Positions 20,957 through 36,864 of a stretch of DNA of 64,000 nt are shown piece after piece. The DNA is from Calcarisporiella thermophila CBS 279.70 (Eukaryota > Fungi > Calcarisporiellomycota). A program made the position numbers and the translations under genes. Numbering within the stretch: the stretch's first letter is position 1; each line of letters begins with the position of its first letter. Below the pieces are notes generated by a model. It saw only the letters and a program-made list of their open reading frames with translations, did no database searches and was not told the DNA's origin. The DNA is taken from assembly GCF_041956535.1 (NCBI RefSeq), contig NW_027192208.1, positions 382,492 to 446,491 of the forward strand, in the 5' to 3' direction.

Positions 20957-23900
20957 ATGACGACTCTAAATTCTACCCAGACTTTACATGTTGACACACA
21001 TTATAATAACCTTTCAACTACTCATCCTCAACATGATACGGCAGCACTTCACAATGGAAGTATATATGATACTCTCTATGATGGAATGCTATTAGAAGAT
21101 GCCGATGACGATGTTCCTACTTCCACGTATATAAATGAAGATGTGGATGAATTTGAATACGAGAGCGAGGTTTCTACCCCATCTATACCCGACGAGAACA
21201 TCGATTTCAATTTGATCTATGCACTTACACCTTTTGTGGCTACTGTGGATGGGCAAGTGACAGTGGTACGAGATGAAGAACTTCAATTATTGGATGACTC
21301 GAATTCATACTGGTGGCTAGTAAAAGTGGAAAGAACTGAGGAGATCGGCTACATACCTGCTGAGAATATAGAGGTGAGAACCAATGAATAGTGGGGATAG
21401 TAAACATTTCTCTCATATATGTTTTAGACTCCATACGAAAGATTAGCACGCCTCAACAAGCATAAAAATGTCCAGGTATTATTTGATTATCAAAATACCA
21501 TTACTAAATAAAATGGTCGAAGCTACATTTGAATTCTAATACTTTTTTGGATCTTTAGTATTTACAACAGCTTTTACCAGTATTAATCGCAAATCCCGAA
21601 CAGCCGATGCCAAGTAAGTCAACCAAAGGGGTCTCATTTCAGATACCTGTCGTTTCTTCTGACGAGGAGGAGGAGGAGGAGAGCGATCAAGATTTCATGG
21701 ATGAATATGAAGATGACGAATATGATATTGAGGATGACATTGAAGAGCAACAAGGATTCAAGGCTGAAAAGAATGAAGAAATAATAATAGAGCGTAGCGC
21801 AATGGATGAAAATCTCAGAGGAAATGAACAAAATGCCAGAATATCAGAGGATATCTCAGTATCGCAAGTAGATTTAGCTGAAACACCCAGTGGTCCCGTT
21901 CTCACTTATGTTAACTCGAACTCAAAACATTCCGGAGATGAGCGCAAAGAAGACTCTTCACGAAGGGAGAGCACATTTAAACGCTTCTTTTCTCGTGGTC
22001 TCTCAAAAAAGCGTGCCATTCCAACTCAGGATACTTCTACTGCATATTTAGAAGATGATAGCAATTCAATTAGCAGCGGCTCACGCTCCTCACGACAGGA
22101 TTCTGTCGATCTTCAAGACAGTAGTAGCTCAAATATAGTGCGGGTATTTGCTGGCGAAGGGGTCGAGTTCGGGGGAGCTGCTCAATACAAAACTCTACTG
22201 ATTGAAAAAGATATGCTTGGAAGAGGACTACTTCAGCAAGCAATGGCAAGATTTTGTATCTCAGAAAATGGGGAAATAGTTGAGGACGAGTACTATTTAA
22301 GTCTAAAGAAATCCGATGGTGGTAATGATTAACCTTGCTTTAATTTCATACATTATTAATTCATCACTTACTTATTCCAATTTGTAGAGGAATATCCAGT
22401 AAAGCCTGATGAACGATTATTTGACCTCTATCGTTCTCTATGTGGCAACACTGGCTCAGATGATATATCTAGAAGGGCCGATGAAATTAAAATTTTCCTT
22501 CATAAGAAAACTTCGAATGGACCATTCAATATTCGTATTATTCTCCAACCACATGATATGCCCCCAAGTTGGAAGAGCAGGATGGATTCTAGGGTATCAA
22601 TGTCGATACCCAAGCAAATGGCAGAGAAAAACCTCACTTCAATGGAGACTATATTGAGGATTAGGAAAGAGGTCGTGGCAGAAGAAGTTGTTAGGGAGGC
22701 TCTGACCCGATTCAATTTAAGTGAAGGAGAATATAAGCTGGTCGGAATTGTAGGCGATAAAGGTAATTTAGACTTGTAAAAATTATAAAGAGCGCCTGAC
22801 TAACAGTATTTACATTATAGAATTTAACTTCTCTCCTGATGTATCACTTTCTGCATTTTATTCACATCATCCCGACGTTTCTTTCCTCCTGCGACGTATT
22901 TCAGAGCCACAAATGCATCAGCAACCTTCTCCTGATATCTCTATGCCTCCTCTACAATCGATCTCTCCTACCTTTGGCGAAAGCAATGTTTCTACGCCGC
23001 TATTACGCTCAATGAGCCCCTCATATTTGGATAGAAGCTTAGGAGTATCCCCACATGGACACTCTCATAGTATGTCACCAAGCCTTGATCTTGATTTAGG
23101 ATATGCTGGAAGTCAACAGCAGGCAGGAATTAATTCATCGCTGGATACCCTGAAAATACATGACGCTACGAACGACTCTGATATCTATCGTTCTCAAACG
23201 CCACCTGCTTTGGATTTCGATTTTAACCTCAACTTTTCTCAGCAAACTGAAAATTTACCAACGGAAGATGTACTTTCGAAATTGGATGAAGCGTTAGCTG
23301 GACTCGCGCGTGAAAATTCTCTACATGAAGATGGTGATATTGGAAAGGAAAGTGATGGAAAAAGGAATAGAATCAGTGCATACCCAATGCGCCCGGACGA
23401 AAGAGTAAGGGTCATGGAACTGGAGCGAAGAATGAGTCCAAGTCCTCTAGTTGTGGATGACGGAGGACGTATTTCTCCGGCTGTCCTGAGTTTAATCCGT
23501 GTGGGAAGCAACTCTAGCAGCATAGGCGGAGTCAGGAAAGAGCTTATGAGCCCATACGGAGAGACGACGGAAAGGACTATGAGCCCGGAGAGCGTATTGA
23601 AAGGGAGATTATCTCCTGCAGTTTATGTGCGTAATATGAATGGAGCAAGTATGCAGCCAAGGAGTCCTAGTCCAAGTTCGCTTTCTACAACTGCAACTGC
23701 TCACTCGGGCTCGCTTTCTCCGCCCTCTCCCGTATCACTCAACTTTTCGCAGCTCATGATGCCAAACGTCGTCCCTGGGGATATTCCAACTGTAAAAGCT
23801 CTAAATTTACCACCCACAACACCCCTCCCTCCCACCCCTGGCAACTCTCTCGGAAGTCCTAAAACTGTAGAAGAGACCGAACCATTAATAGTCGTAGACG

Positions 23901-24466
23901 CACTACTAGATAAACTGAAGCATGAAGTATATGCAGAGGAGAAAGTAGCCCAAAGTTCCCCAGAGAATGTTCTTTCAACGAAGGACGAAGGAGAAAATAT
24001 TGAGCGTATTCTGGATGCGAATGATACCTTAGTAACTGCGGATAGTCAGAACTCTAATCCGACAAATGCTGAAATCCCAAGTGTTGCTTCAACCACTACC
24101 GACTCACTACCCGCATTTCCGAGTAGTACACTTACTTCTGATAACGTCACATCTGCATTCAAAAATAGTTCAACTTTGGCATTCCCTCGCCCTAATTCCA
24201 TTTCAAAAGAACGTCGTCGATCTAAGCGACTCTCTGCTCGAGATTCATGGATTCTCGCTGATCAATTTGGACTGAACGATTTAATGATTATTGTGCGAGG
24301 AACTGCCCAGCTTGTTTCCAATACAAAACCTGGAGGAAAAGAGGAAAGAGATGGCATTAAGATTCGGGATGACGTTAAAGAGATTTTTGTAGACTGTTTA
24401 AATTTACTTGATGGGCTGGAGGGTGAAGTTGATAAAATATTGGATGATGCTATCCGGGTATTTTAG
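20957..24466 (+). CDS. Bud14/Tea4-like SH3 polarity scaffold / PP1-targeting protein with RA-like domains
   Basis: SH3 YALTPFVATVDGQV...LLDDSNSYWWLVK...GYIPAENIE spliced to TPYERLARLNKHKN. Also a KGVSF (RVxF-type) motif, an RA-like VRVFAG...YKTLLI segment and a C-terminal helical region. Confidence 0.8.
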
Positions 24467-24749
24467 TTGTTTCTTAAATTCGTTATATTATTAGCATACT
24501 TTATCTAGTGAATACTGCATCATTGCCATTTTTTTAGTTATTGTTGTTGTGTATATCTTTAAACGTTTTTCGTATTTTTAAGTGGACTATAACTCTCCCT
24601 ATATCGTTCTCGTCAATTGCGGCAATAAACTGAATTGCAGTCACATTTCGATATAACTCTCGGCGATCGAAAGAGTGTCTCGTTAATATTTTTGCCTATT
24701 CTCATTTGATCTATTCTTAAAAACCCATCAATCGATTTATTCTGTTGTA

Positions 24750-25359
24750 ATGTCAGAGCAATCAGGTGATGATGATGTAAAAGAGCAGGATCGCTTTCTG
24801 CCTATTGCTAAGTAAGTATTCAAATTTTTTTTTTTTATTTTTTCTAGTGCGGCTAAATATTCCGATTTATTATATTATAACCATTATTTTCTCACAAATA
24901 GTGTGTCCCGAATTATGAAGCGGGCGCTCCCAGAAAACGCAAAAATCTCTAAAGAAGCCAAGGAATGCGTGCAAGAATGTGTTTCTGAGTTCATTGCTTT
25001 TATAACTAGTGAAGCGAGCGACCGATGTGTACAAGAAAAGAGGAAAACAATTAATGGAGAGGATATTTTATGGGCGATGCAGAGTTTGGGATTTGAAAAT
25101 TATGCTGAAGCGCTGAAATTGTACCTAGCAAAATACAGAGAGGTAATAAACTTTTCAAGCAATTACATGAATGATGCTAAAGCATTTTTAACTTCCATAC
25201 TGCTAGGCCACTAGGCTTGAGAGAGTTACAGCTGGGACACTAAAGGAAGGCGGTGAAGGCAGAGATTATGGAGGAGGTAGTGGAGGTGATAATGGCTTTG
25301 TGCAGCAACAACAGCAACCACAACAGCAACAAAACCCCCAACAAGCTTTGTATTATTGA
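24750..25359 (+). CDS. HAP3: CCAAT-binding factor subunit HAP3/NF-YB (3 exons)
   Basis: [11 protein letters not shown] spliced to [56 protein letters not shown]; Gln-rich tail. Confidence 0.95.
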
Positions 25360-25825
25360 ACCGAAAGTCATTCTTCATAAATTCTTCCTCTTTTTGTAGT
25401 TAGAGTCATTTGTGATATTTCATTTACTCCTTTTTGTAATTCATATGTTTTTTTTTGGCCCTCACCATTTCTCTTTTATCTGCTCTTATCTGTTTTTACT
25501 TTTTTTCAGCGTTACGTTAAGGTTTTAATGCTATAATTTTAACCTTGTTGATTGCGCTCTCATTTGCTATCTTCTTTCATATAGCTCCTCTATTTTTATT
25601 TTTTATTTTTAAGAATACTAATATTCATAATTCACCTGCTCAGCAATAAGAGCATTTCGACACTAATAGGGCAACTTGGAAGTACATTCGGAGCTTCTTC
25701 TCGATCCAATCTGTTGTCATAGAATTCAAAACCAGCTTTGACTCACGTGCACTAATTAATATTTTGTCATTGATATAGGCCTTGAGAGCTTTCTGTCTAA
25801 TACCCGCTATAATTCATAATTGAAT

Positions 25826-27492
25826 ATGAGAAAATTATCTACTATGGTAGATCTACGTCTTTCCATTTCATTCCTCTGCGCTGTGCTGGGGATGTCGTCT
25901 GCAGGAACTCTCTACATGTTCAGTCTTTATGGCAACATAATCGCTGAAGAATTACAATACACTCAGGTAAGCATTGTAGAGTCAGATAATAGAATATATG
26001 CTATAATCACACACGCTTTGTACAGACGCAAATAAATGCGGTTGCAATGATCGGAGATTTGGGAGTTTATGTCTTTTCACCACTGATCGGAGCTGGAGTT
26101 GATAAATGGGGTTTGTAGCTTATTCCAATTTTATCCCAAGACAGCAACTAAGGTATTAATTTCTTACTTGTAACCTGTTGGTAAATAGGACATCGTCGGT
26201 GAGATTTATTCTTGATGCCAAATTTATAAAACCTATATCTTTTTTTTTTGTTTCTATCATGACATAGGATATGCTTGATGGCCGCATTCTTCCTTGCCAC
26301 TGGTTATATATTCATGAGTTTAACACTTCAAAAATTTGCGCTCTCTACCTCCTTCCTCTCAATGTCTTTCTACTTTTTTCTCGTTGGGGTTGGTAGCAGC
26401 TGCGCCTATCTTGCTGCAATTTCCAGCCAGGCAAAAAACTTCAGTTCCCGATATCGTGGCCTTGCACTCGGCATACCTATCGGTGCATATGGTTTATCAG
26501 CATTGGTTTGGAGTCAGATTGGGCGGATATGGTTCATGACAGGAAGGGATGGGCAGCTGGATGCATTTAAATTCTTATGGGTCGTAGGACTTGTTTTGGC
26601 GGGAATCAACCTAGTGAATATGGTAGGGATGATTCGCACTCGAGAACAAGGAGAAGACATAGAGGATGTGAATGAACGGACACGGCTAGTAGACGATAAC
26701 AAATATAAGCGATCGGGCCTTGAGTGGGAAAATGAAGAGTGTGAAGAAAGAGAGGTTGTCTTGAGAGTGGAGCAGGACACCCTAATCGCCCCCAACACGG
26801 ATATTATCAAGCCAAATGACCAGCAGGAATTTTTCTGTAACCCAACTACATGGATATTTTTTTCTGGGCTCATCCTTATATGTGGCATGGGACTGATGTA
26901 TATCAATAGCGTTGGAGCCATAATTGAGGCACTCTACACAGACAAAGTAACCTCTTTCCCCTCATCCAAATTGTCTGTCTCCGCCTTAACTGCTCTTCAC
27001 GTTTCTCTCCTATCCGCCTTTTCCTGTATTGGACGGGTTCTCACGGGTCTTGTTTCTGATATATGCGAGCGTCGATTCAAAATTGAGCGTGTTTGGTTTT
27101 TCATTTTTGCAGCTCTAATGATGTTTTTTGCTCAACTGGCTTGTGCATCTCTGGTATCGTCTTCCAATCGCGCCCTTCTTATCATCACAGCAACGGTCGG
27201 ATATGCTTATGGTTCCACATTCACGGTTGCTCCCGCTATCACTATAGATCTTTATGGGCTCACTCATTTTGGGCGTAACTGGGGTTGGATGTCTTGGGCC
27301 CCTGGCATTGGTGGAGTAATTTTTAATCTGTTATTTGGGATAGTGTTTGATAATGCCGGAAGCGCAGGGGAGAGATGTCATTTAGGGAGGGGGTGCTTTG
27401 CCAACGTTTTTTACGCTACATCGTTTGCTAGTGCTCTGAGCATGTGTTTAGGTGCTTGGATATTAATTCGAATGAGAAGAATCTCCAGGTGA
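25826..27492 (+). CDS. MFS transporter, Mch1/nodulin-like family
   Basis: AGTLYMFSLYG, KNFSSRYRGLALGIPIGAYGLSA, GLMYINSVG, IGRVLTGLVSD, FGRNWG; about 12 hydrophobic segments. Includes a 10-nt micro-exon at 26189-26198. Confidence 0.88.
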
Positions 27493-28935
27493 GGGAGATG
27501 TATTATCAAATACTTTTTTTCGCGAATAGAACGGTATCATTTTAGATATGTGCATACCATCCCTTTATTGGAATCGAGATACAGATTCTTGTGATTGTAT
27601 TTTATATATATTTGTCACTTCCTCTATGCACCCTTTCTTTTATTCAACTTACTCCTCTACAATGAATATTTTTATTATCTTGAATGCAAATAAATGACTA
27701 AATCCATAGTCTTAATTAGACTTTCGGAATTAGCATCGATTGTTACCACTATTGACAACACAAATTGATTTTTTACTACCGCTGGTAATAAATGTAAGTT
27801 AGAGTAAATCAAGCCAAGCTATGTAATCAAGATTATTAGAGAGTAGAGGAAGCTTCGATTAGTGTTATGGCTTGTAGGGTACCGACGGCTATAGTATGTT
27901 TCCATAGAAGTTGAGAACTCTAAGATCGACATCTCTTGATTAAACTCCTATCACGCTATGATTAGTTATCTAAGCCAGGGATTTATTCTATGAATTATAG
28001 ACCATTCATACTTTATATATAAAGTTTGCTTGTAACAATCATGATTAGAGAGATTTAGGCTTCTTTTCAATATGACGTGGCACACTTCTGCCAAATGCTT
28101 CAGAAATTATCTACGATTATAAAATATATTATTTTAATAATAGTTTGTTTCACTGATATATTTCCCGCAATACAGGTGAAAAATTAATTGAAAAGAACGA
28201 GGTATACATTATAATTTAGTTTAACATATTGGAAACTTTAAGAAAGACGTTTTTAGGATACGTCTCAAATCTTAATAACTTTTAACCAGATATTCCTAAT
28301 CAAATCACAGTTTCGATATTGAGAACTTATTCAATTAAATAGCATTGTATTTTGGCCATTGCAAATCCATTTTTTGTATGAATAATTCTATATTTGAATG
28401 CTTACGTGATTCTTACCTTTAAACACAGAAGCGTCAAATGTATGTTAGTACGAAATAAATTCAGGTAAAGTTGTGTCATGTGTTTTTCTATATCTATGGT
28501 ATAGCGTAGAGAAAATAAACGCAGCCTCTATAAATAAAGTAATGGCCCAATTATTGGTAGATTTCTGTAGAAGTGCTCAGCCTACGGTTTTATCGTATCA
28601 ATAATAATATATTAAAATTTGTTGAGATAAATGATTGGAACTAAATGGATTTCTCTAAACGCAGTGAGAACCCTGCATCGACCACTGTGCGAATAATTTT
28701 AATCAGATTCATTAAGCATATGGAAGCCACAGGCCCACAAATCAATTTTGTAAATGTAATCAAAGAGAAAATTTAGTCAGCATCCATTATATTTTCCTAA
28801 GAAAGAGCTGCATAAAGAATTGTGTTTATGGTTGATGATCGGTTAACATCTATACTAAGTATGATAAAGCAACTAAACTATGAAAGAAAGTAAGCAACCG
28901 TGATCCATGGTCAAATTGATATATCCCGCAGAATC

Positions 28936-28944
28936 TATAAATAC
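28936..28944 (+). promoter_or_regulatory. TATA box of the subtilisin gene
   Basis: CTATAAATA about 50 nt upstream of the ATG at 28990. Confidence 0.5.
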
Positions 28945-28989
28945 CACTCTCAGGATACCTCACCCATTACTCACTACCTCCTTCCAAAC

Positions 28990-30480
<1,491 letters not shown>

Positions 30481-31434
30481 ATATTCAATAATAAATACTA
30501 TTGAAATGTACTCTAGCAAAAATCAATTGGAACACCAAAAATTTGGGCGTCTCACAGAGATCAACTCTGAGAGCATAGTCACAAACTCCTCCTAATATCT
30601 ATTCTAGACGAGCAATAAAATTAATACACTCAAGCGTCTTTTATAATGATGTGAATGAATATATTAATGATTTGAATAACATTTAATATTAAGATAATAC
30701 TCTCAACGGAAAATTGCAAATATATAATATAATATATAATATTTTCGCGTATAAAATACTTTGTAAAAAATCAGAAATATTATATTAGAGACAATTCATC
30801 AACCTTTATCACCATTACAGACGGTCGGTATCTTTATCGAAGAAAATGTATTTTTTAACTTAATTTATAAAAATTTATAAGTACCAGGTAAGAAGACATC
30901 TCAGCATAATTAATACATTGGATTTTCTATCTCATCGATAAATCTTTCTACTTGTTCAACTTAATCCGATTGCATGTCTTCAAGTTTATATTTCTCTATC
31001 TCGCTAGCTCAACTAAGTTCTTTTGGCTAGCTAACGTAGCAAATTTGAAACGACTTGAGATGAGGACTAACAAATAGGTGTTTCTAGAGATCGCCAGGTA
31101 TACAATTTGTATAAAATGTAACCAACTTTATTGCTGTTTTCGAAATGTATTCAGGGTATCAACATTACCCTTGTTCATTTTCGATTTTCAATTTTTCGTT
31201 CTTTCAAATACTATTAAATTTCATTTTTCCGTCAGCTTCGAGATATTTGTGAAAAATAAAGATATTTGGCCATATAACAGGAATTTAGCTATTGAACAAG
31301 AATATGGAAATGATAATATAACTTATAATATATATTATCTATCTAATTGTCAACTTGAAGGATCGATCTAAGTATCCAAAAAAAATATTCATTGACAAGT
31401 ATAAAGACAAGTAAAGTGAGAGAGAATTGGGTGC

Positions 31435-31572
31435 TCAAGGAGTAGCGAAAGCTGTCTCCGTAACTGTAACATCGTAGTACTCCTCTTCTACCGGTGTTGG
31501 CACATGGCAAGCCAAAGCGGAGGACGCTGCAAAGAAAAATACTGAGCAAATGAGATAGGCACTTAATTTCAT
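31435..31572 (-). CDS. 45-aa secreted micropeptide (not in the ORF track)
   Basis: MKLSAYLICSVFFFAASSALA-CHVPTPVEEEYYDVTVTETAFATP*. Classic signal peptide with an A-L-A cleavage site, and TATATAAA on the minus strand at 31636-31643. Confidence 0.65.
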   Translation of the reverse strand: MKLSAYLICSVFFFAASSALACHVPTPVEEEYYDVTVTETAFATP

Positions 31573-32329
31573 AATAGGGGAACTTTTTGATTTGAAATTT
31601 TTGGTTCTCTTTTGTGTTTGTTTGAAATCTCGCTGTTTATATAGGTATGCGGCAAATTACTACAAACAGATACTTTCCTCGAGATAGAAATATGTGAGAA
31701 ATTACCCTTACCTTATACCCAGTTCATAAGAGATCTTTCAAACAAACTATGCTGCAAATATCCCACAAATCAAAAATTTCCATCATACCACCCATACACG
31801 ATTTTTAACCTCGTACTGTAGTAAAAGTGCCTTAATCGGTTAATATATCTTACCCCCAGGTCAGTATTGTTAATCTGGTGAACTTATAAAATTTAATTTA
31901 ATATTTTATCGCGCGCATTATGTAATTGAACGGTGGTATTATTTGCAAGGATCGGGAATGAAAGAATCTAATTGGAGTATTACTACCCTAGAGTGTTGGG
32001 GTAATCTCACATTAATAAAGTCAAATAAATTATAGTTATCTCAAATAGATTTTCTTTAGCTGGCGTTCACAAAATTCCGCCTATACGACCGAAATAAAAC
32101 AACCACTGGTGTATAATAACTTTGAACACGTCTGGCTCAATCTATATTTATTTTGAATTATTAAGCATTACGTCATCTAATGACACAAATTAGATCACTT
32201 TATAGGAAGGTACTAGAATGTTACAATGTGCCAACTTATGACTCATGCTTTTTAGAGTTATGACTCTTGTACTCCATCGCATAACAGTATAAGAGTTGAA
32301 ATTTAAAGTACATTTGCTCTCTTCATAAG

Positions 32330-33682
32330 ATGGCAATACATCTTGAAGATTATGATATATCTCGTAAGTACGGGTTCGTTTCATTCGACCTGGAACGCCT
32401 CGATTCCTACTATGAACCATGGGAACTGGGTAAGGATATCCAATAAAATCCTCTTATATGAAAATAATACACATATATTTGGATTTAGCTCTGGATGAGA
32501 TTGTGGTTTTGATTGAGAATAAGAAGATTCGAGAGAGGATAGATCAGGTCACTGCCAAAGCACAATACTTGATAAGAGAATGGATGTTAACTTAATTGTT
32601 CTTTTGTAGCTCCCACTACTTGATATTTCGCATCTGAAATCGGCGAAAGATTACAAGAGAGCACTTGTCGTTCTTACCTTTTTAACCCATGCGTATGTGT
32701 GGGGCGAAACCACTCCGACAGAGGTAGAAGCTTATTATACCTATGATTTTGCGACCAGTTGGTTCACTCTCTCTTATGTTTAAAGAGCTTACCTGCAGCG
32801 ATCGCAGTTCCCATTGTTAAAGTTGCAGACCATCTGGGAATGCACCCAATTTCCAATCACCTCGTCCTTGGCCCATGGAACTGTCGTCTAAGAGACCCAA
32901 ATGCTCCAGCGACCATTGAGAATATCACTATACGCCACACATTTATGGGATCTCCGGAGGAAGCATGGTTCTACCATGTCACGGTATCAGTAGAAGCAGC
33001 AGGAGCCGACGCTATTGCAGCAGTAGTGGATGGAATCGAGGCTGTTCATCAAAATGATGCCACAAAGCTAGTTCATTGTTTGAAACGAATCAGTGCAGCA
33101 ATCTTAAGGATGTCAGAGAATATCACCCGAATGTACGATAATCTCTCACCCTCTTTCTTCTTCAATAGAATTCGTCATTACATTTCCGGTTGGAATGACC
33201 CTACTAAATTTCCCAAGGGTTTATTATACACCGGAGTAGGCGGGAAAGGATCTATGGGAGAATATCGACAATACGTGGGTGCTACGGCCGCCCAAAGTTC
33301 TTTGCTACAAGCGCTCGATGCTGGTCTCGGCGTTATTCACTATGATGAAAATGGGAAGCCGAAGGGAAATTCCACCCTGATTGAAATGCGAGGTTATATG
33401 TTGGGTGCTCATCGGCAGTTTATAGAAAAACTAGAGGAGCATCCGTATATTCGTGAATATGTTCACAAATCAATGAGCGAAGATTTAGTAGAGGAATACA
33501 ATAAATGCATCCAGAATATTAAGGCATTTCGTGATTATCATGTGCAAATAGTTACGCGTTATATTATTATCCAGGCGAAGATCTTTAATAAGGATAATGC
33601 TCAAGGAACTGGAGGAACTGCGATAATACCGTTTTTAAGGCAATTACGCGACGAAACAAATCAAGGGGAAATCAGCAAATAG
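32330..33682 (+). CDS. Indoleamine 2,3-dioxygenase (IDO/BNA2-like)
   Basis: Spliced LEDYDISRKYGF...YYEPWE, HAYVWG, EEAWFY, FFNRIRHYISGW, AAQSSLLQALD, MRGYM...HRQF, FRDYHVQIVTRYII, GTGGT. Confidence 0.93.
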
Positions 33683-33925
33683 GAGTAATTTTTCCAAAAA
33701 AGATGAAAATGTGGGACTCGATAGCCAATTCCGAATGTGTCTTCGGATTTAGGTCGGTATAGTCATATGATACGCCAATTCCGAGGAACCCCAGATTTTT
33801 CCCACTGACCGCGTATTTTGTTTCCAATTTATATCTATTTCTTTTCTTTTCTCTTTTCTTTATACTCAATACGTATACAATTTATCCCCGTTGTTACTAT
33901 ATCTTCTGTATTAAAGCTTCTTTAA

Positions 33926-36287
33926 ATGGGTGAGGTTCACCTCCTTCTTCGTAAGAGTGAATATGGAATAAAAAGCTCATATATCTATCAAAACTAGCCG
34001 AAATACTCGCCCTTGGGACAGCTGCTGCGATTGCAGCTGGTATGTATGCTGATGCCAAGTTCCATATATCAGCTGACTTGCGACAATTGAAGGCACTATT
34101 ATATGGCACATCTATGTATGTATGCCTCATATCCTCTTATATCTTTTTGTATGTAACTCTGGATATAACCTCTTCTTTCTTAACTTACAATAGTTATAAA
34201 AAGAGCGAGAAGGAAGGAACCCTAAATTTTTGCAATCGCTTCCTTGAGCGGGTAGCCGCTACGCCGAACAGGGTGTTTTTGCTTTACGAGCAAAAGTCTT
34301 ACACATATGCAGATATAGACCAGATTTCTAACCAGATGAGTCATTTTTTGCTGTCTAAAGGTGTGAAAAAAGGAGGTAGGACTTCTCTGTGACATTGAAT
34401 TGATGGGGATATAGCTTCGTTAACGCTATGTAATCATGCTATATAGATGTAGTATCGCTCTTCATGCAAAACAAACCTGAATTCATAGTCTGCTGGGTGG
34501 CCCTCAACAAGATTGGTGCTGTTCCCGCTTTTATCAATTATAACCTCCGGGACAAACCACTTCTGCATACGCTTAAGACCTCTATGACTCAACTGTTGCT
34601 CATTGACCCCGAAATCTTTCAGAATATTGCCGAAATAAACCCCATAATCACTAACGACTATAACATTAAAGTGTTCAGCATCGGAGACTCAAAGTTAGAT
34701 TTTTGTGAAGCTTTAACCTATGAATTATTAAGTCAGTACCCAAAGACTGCACCACCAAAAGAGCTACGGATGGGAGCGAAACAAGATGATACTGCGGTAT
34801 TGATCTACACGAGCGGGACCACTGGGATGCCTAAAGTAAGTACCAATTTTCTCTGGAAACCTTGCATGGAATTAATGTTTGAATATTTGAAGCCTGCCAT
34901 AATCCAATGTGGACGTGCAACATGTAAATAGGCTATCCACTTTTCTTTTCCATGAAATTCAAATATAACAGTATTAATTATATTAGTGGGTGTTGCTGTC
35001 TGGGCATCGATCTTTAATATTCGAGAGACTGACAGAATTTACTGCTGTTTGCCTCTCTACCATTCCGCTGCTTGTAAGTTAATTATATTTATATGAGGAT
35101 TTAAAGCCTACATTAACCTACAATTAACTCATCTAATTAGCTCTAATTGTTGTTTTACAATCCTGGCTGTCAGGAGCCTCAATTGCATTAACAAAAAAGT
35201 TTTCGCTTTCGAAATTTTGGCCCGAGATTCATAAATTCGATTGCACTATAATTCAGGTAATGCTTTTGTTTTTTCTGAATTTTCGGTATAAATGATAATT
35301 CGAATAGTCTTCTTATGCTCACCCTTTTATCTTTTGCAGTATATAGGCGAGATGTGTCGGTATCTCTTAAGTGTTCCCCCAAATCCTGCCATTGAAAAAA
35401 ACCATCGTCTACGACTGGCAATGGGAAATGGGCTGCGCCCTGATGTATGGGAGAAATTCCGAGAACGCTTCAACATACCTATAATAGGAGAATATTTCGC
35501 TTCAACAGAGGGGACGGTATCCCTTTTCAACATTAATTCTGGCCCACTGGGGGCAGGAGCCGTTGGCCATCGTGGGACATTTGCTCGCCTAGTGGAGTCC
35601 GGGCTGCAGCTGATTAGAATCGATCCAGTAACCGAAGAACCGCTGCGTAACAAACAGGGATTCTGCATCCCAGCACAATACAATGAGCCGGGCGAGCTTA
35701 TTCAGGAGATTCGATTTGGCGACCCGAGGCGTCACTTTAAGGGCTATTACAATAACCCTGAAGCGACAAAGAAGAAAATTCTAAAAAATGTGTTTAAAAA
35801 AGGAGATCAATATTTTCGGTTCAATGATCTGTTGAGGATGGACGAGAACGGCTACTTTTGGTTCGGCGATCGTTTAGGAGACACTTTTCGCTGGAAGTCT
35901 GAAAATGTGAGCACAATGGAAGTGGCAGACGTGTTATCACAGTTTCCCGGTGTGGAGGAAGCAAATGTATATGGAGTGTTAGTTCCAGGTCACGAGGGCC
36001 GATGCGGGATGGCGGCGATTAGGGTCAACCGAGAAACGTTTGACTTCAAAGGACTAGCTGAACACTTGAGAAAGATATTACCCGGATATGCTGTGCCTCA
36101 TTTCCTGCGGATTGTTCCCGAGTTAGAAATTACTGGCACCTTCAAGCAACGCAAAGTCGGCTATCGCGAGGAAGGGATTGATATCGATAAAGTCAAGGAT
36201 CCCTTGTATTGGCTGTGTGGGAACGAATACATACCATTCACCAAGGCTATCTACGATGATATCATTAACGGCAAAGTGCGTCTCTAG
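33926..36287 (+). CDS. FATP/Fat1-type very-long-chain acyl-CoA synthetase / fatty acid transport protein
   Basis: IYTSGTTGMPK ATP/AMP motif, LPLYHSA, QYIGEMCRYL, GNGLRPDVW, DRLGDTFRWKSENVST, GHEGRCGMA. The first exon is 4 nt (ATGG), followed by intron 33930-33997. Confidence 0.93.
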
Positions 36288-36864
36288 ATCTTTTCCAGAT
36301 GTATACTTACACTCTCTCCCATCTCATGTTTGCTAGTGGCATGAGGTCTATGTTTAGTATTATTTAATAAAATGCTGTCAGCCTAAGCTTGTGTATCTTA
36401 GCGGTATTACTATATATGCTTTATCGTCGTCTCCTTGATGGCACAGGAGTTCCTGCTGCCACTAATTATAGATATTTTATTGTTCTTTTGATTTATCTCG
36501 CCCTTTCCCCACTGTGTTTTGTTTGTGATCTGAACGTATTAACCAATGATCAAATGTTTATTCTTTGATAATCGGCTTCTTTGGGCTAAGTTCGGGGAAG
36601 AGAAAGTTCCCGAATCCGGGTATAACCATGTTCACACGGGTAGTTAAAGGCAATTTTTAGAGCAAAGGAACACAAATAGGTTACGTTTCAAGCTGCACTT
36701 AAGCACGGCGAAGTAACAAAACATCAGTTTTACCCAAATTTCTAAAATAGGTTCTAAAGGAGATTTGGCAAATATATATTCAAATGTTTTCAATTGTTAT
36801 AAAAAGGGATTGAGATTGCACTGGCTAGCTTTAATTTTCTCCTGAACAATTCATTTCATACACT

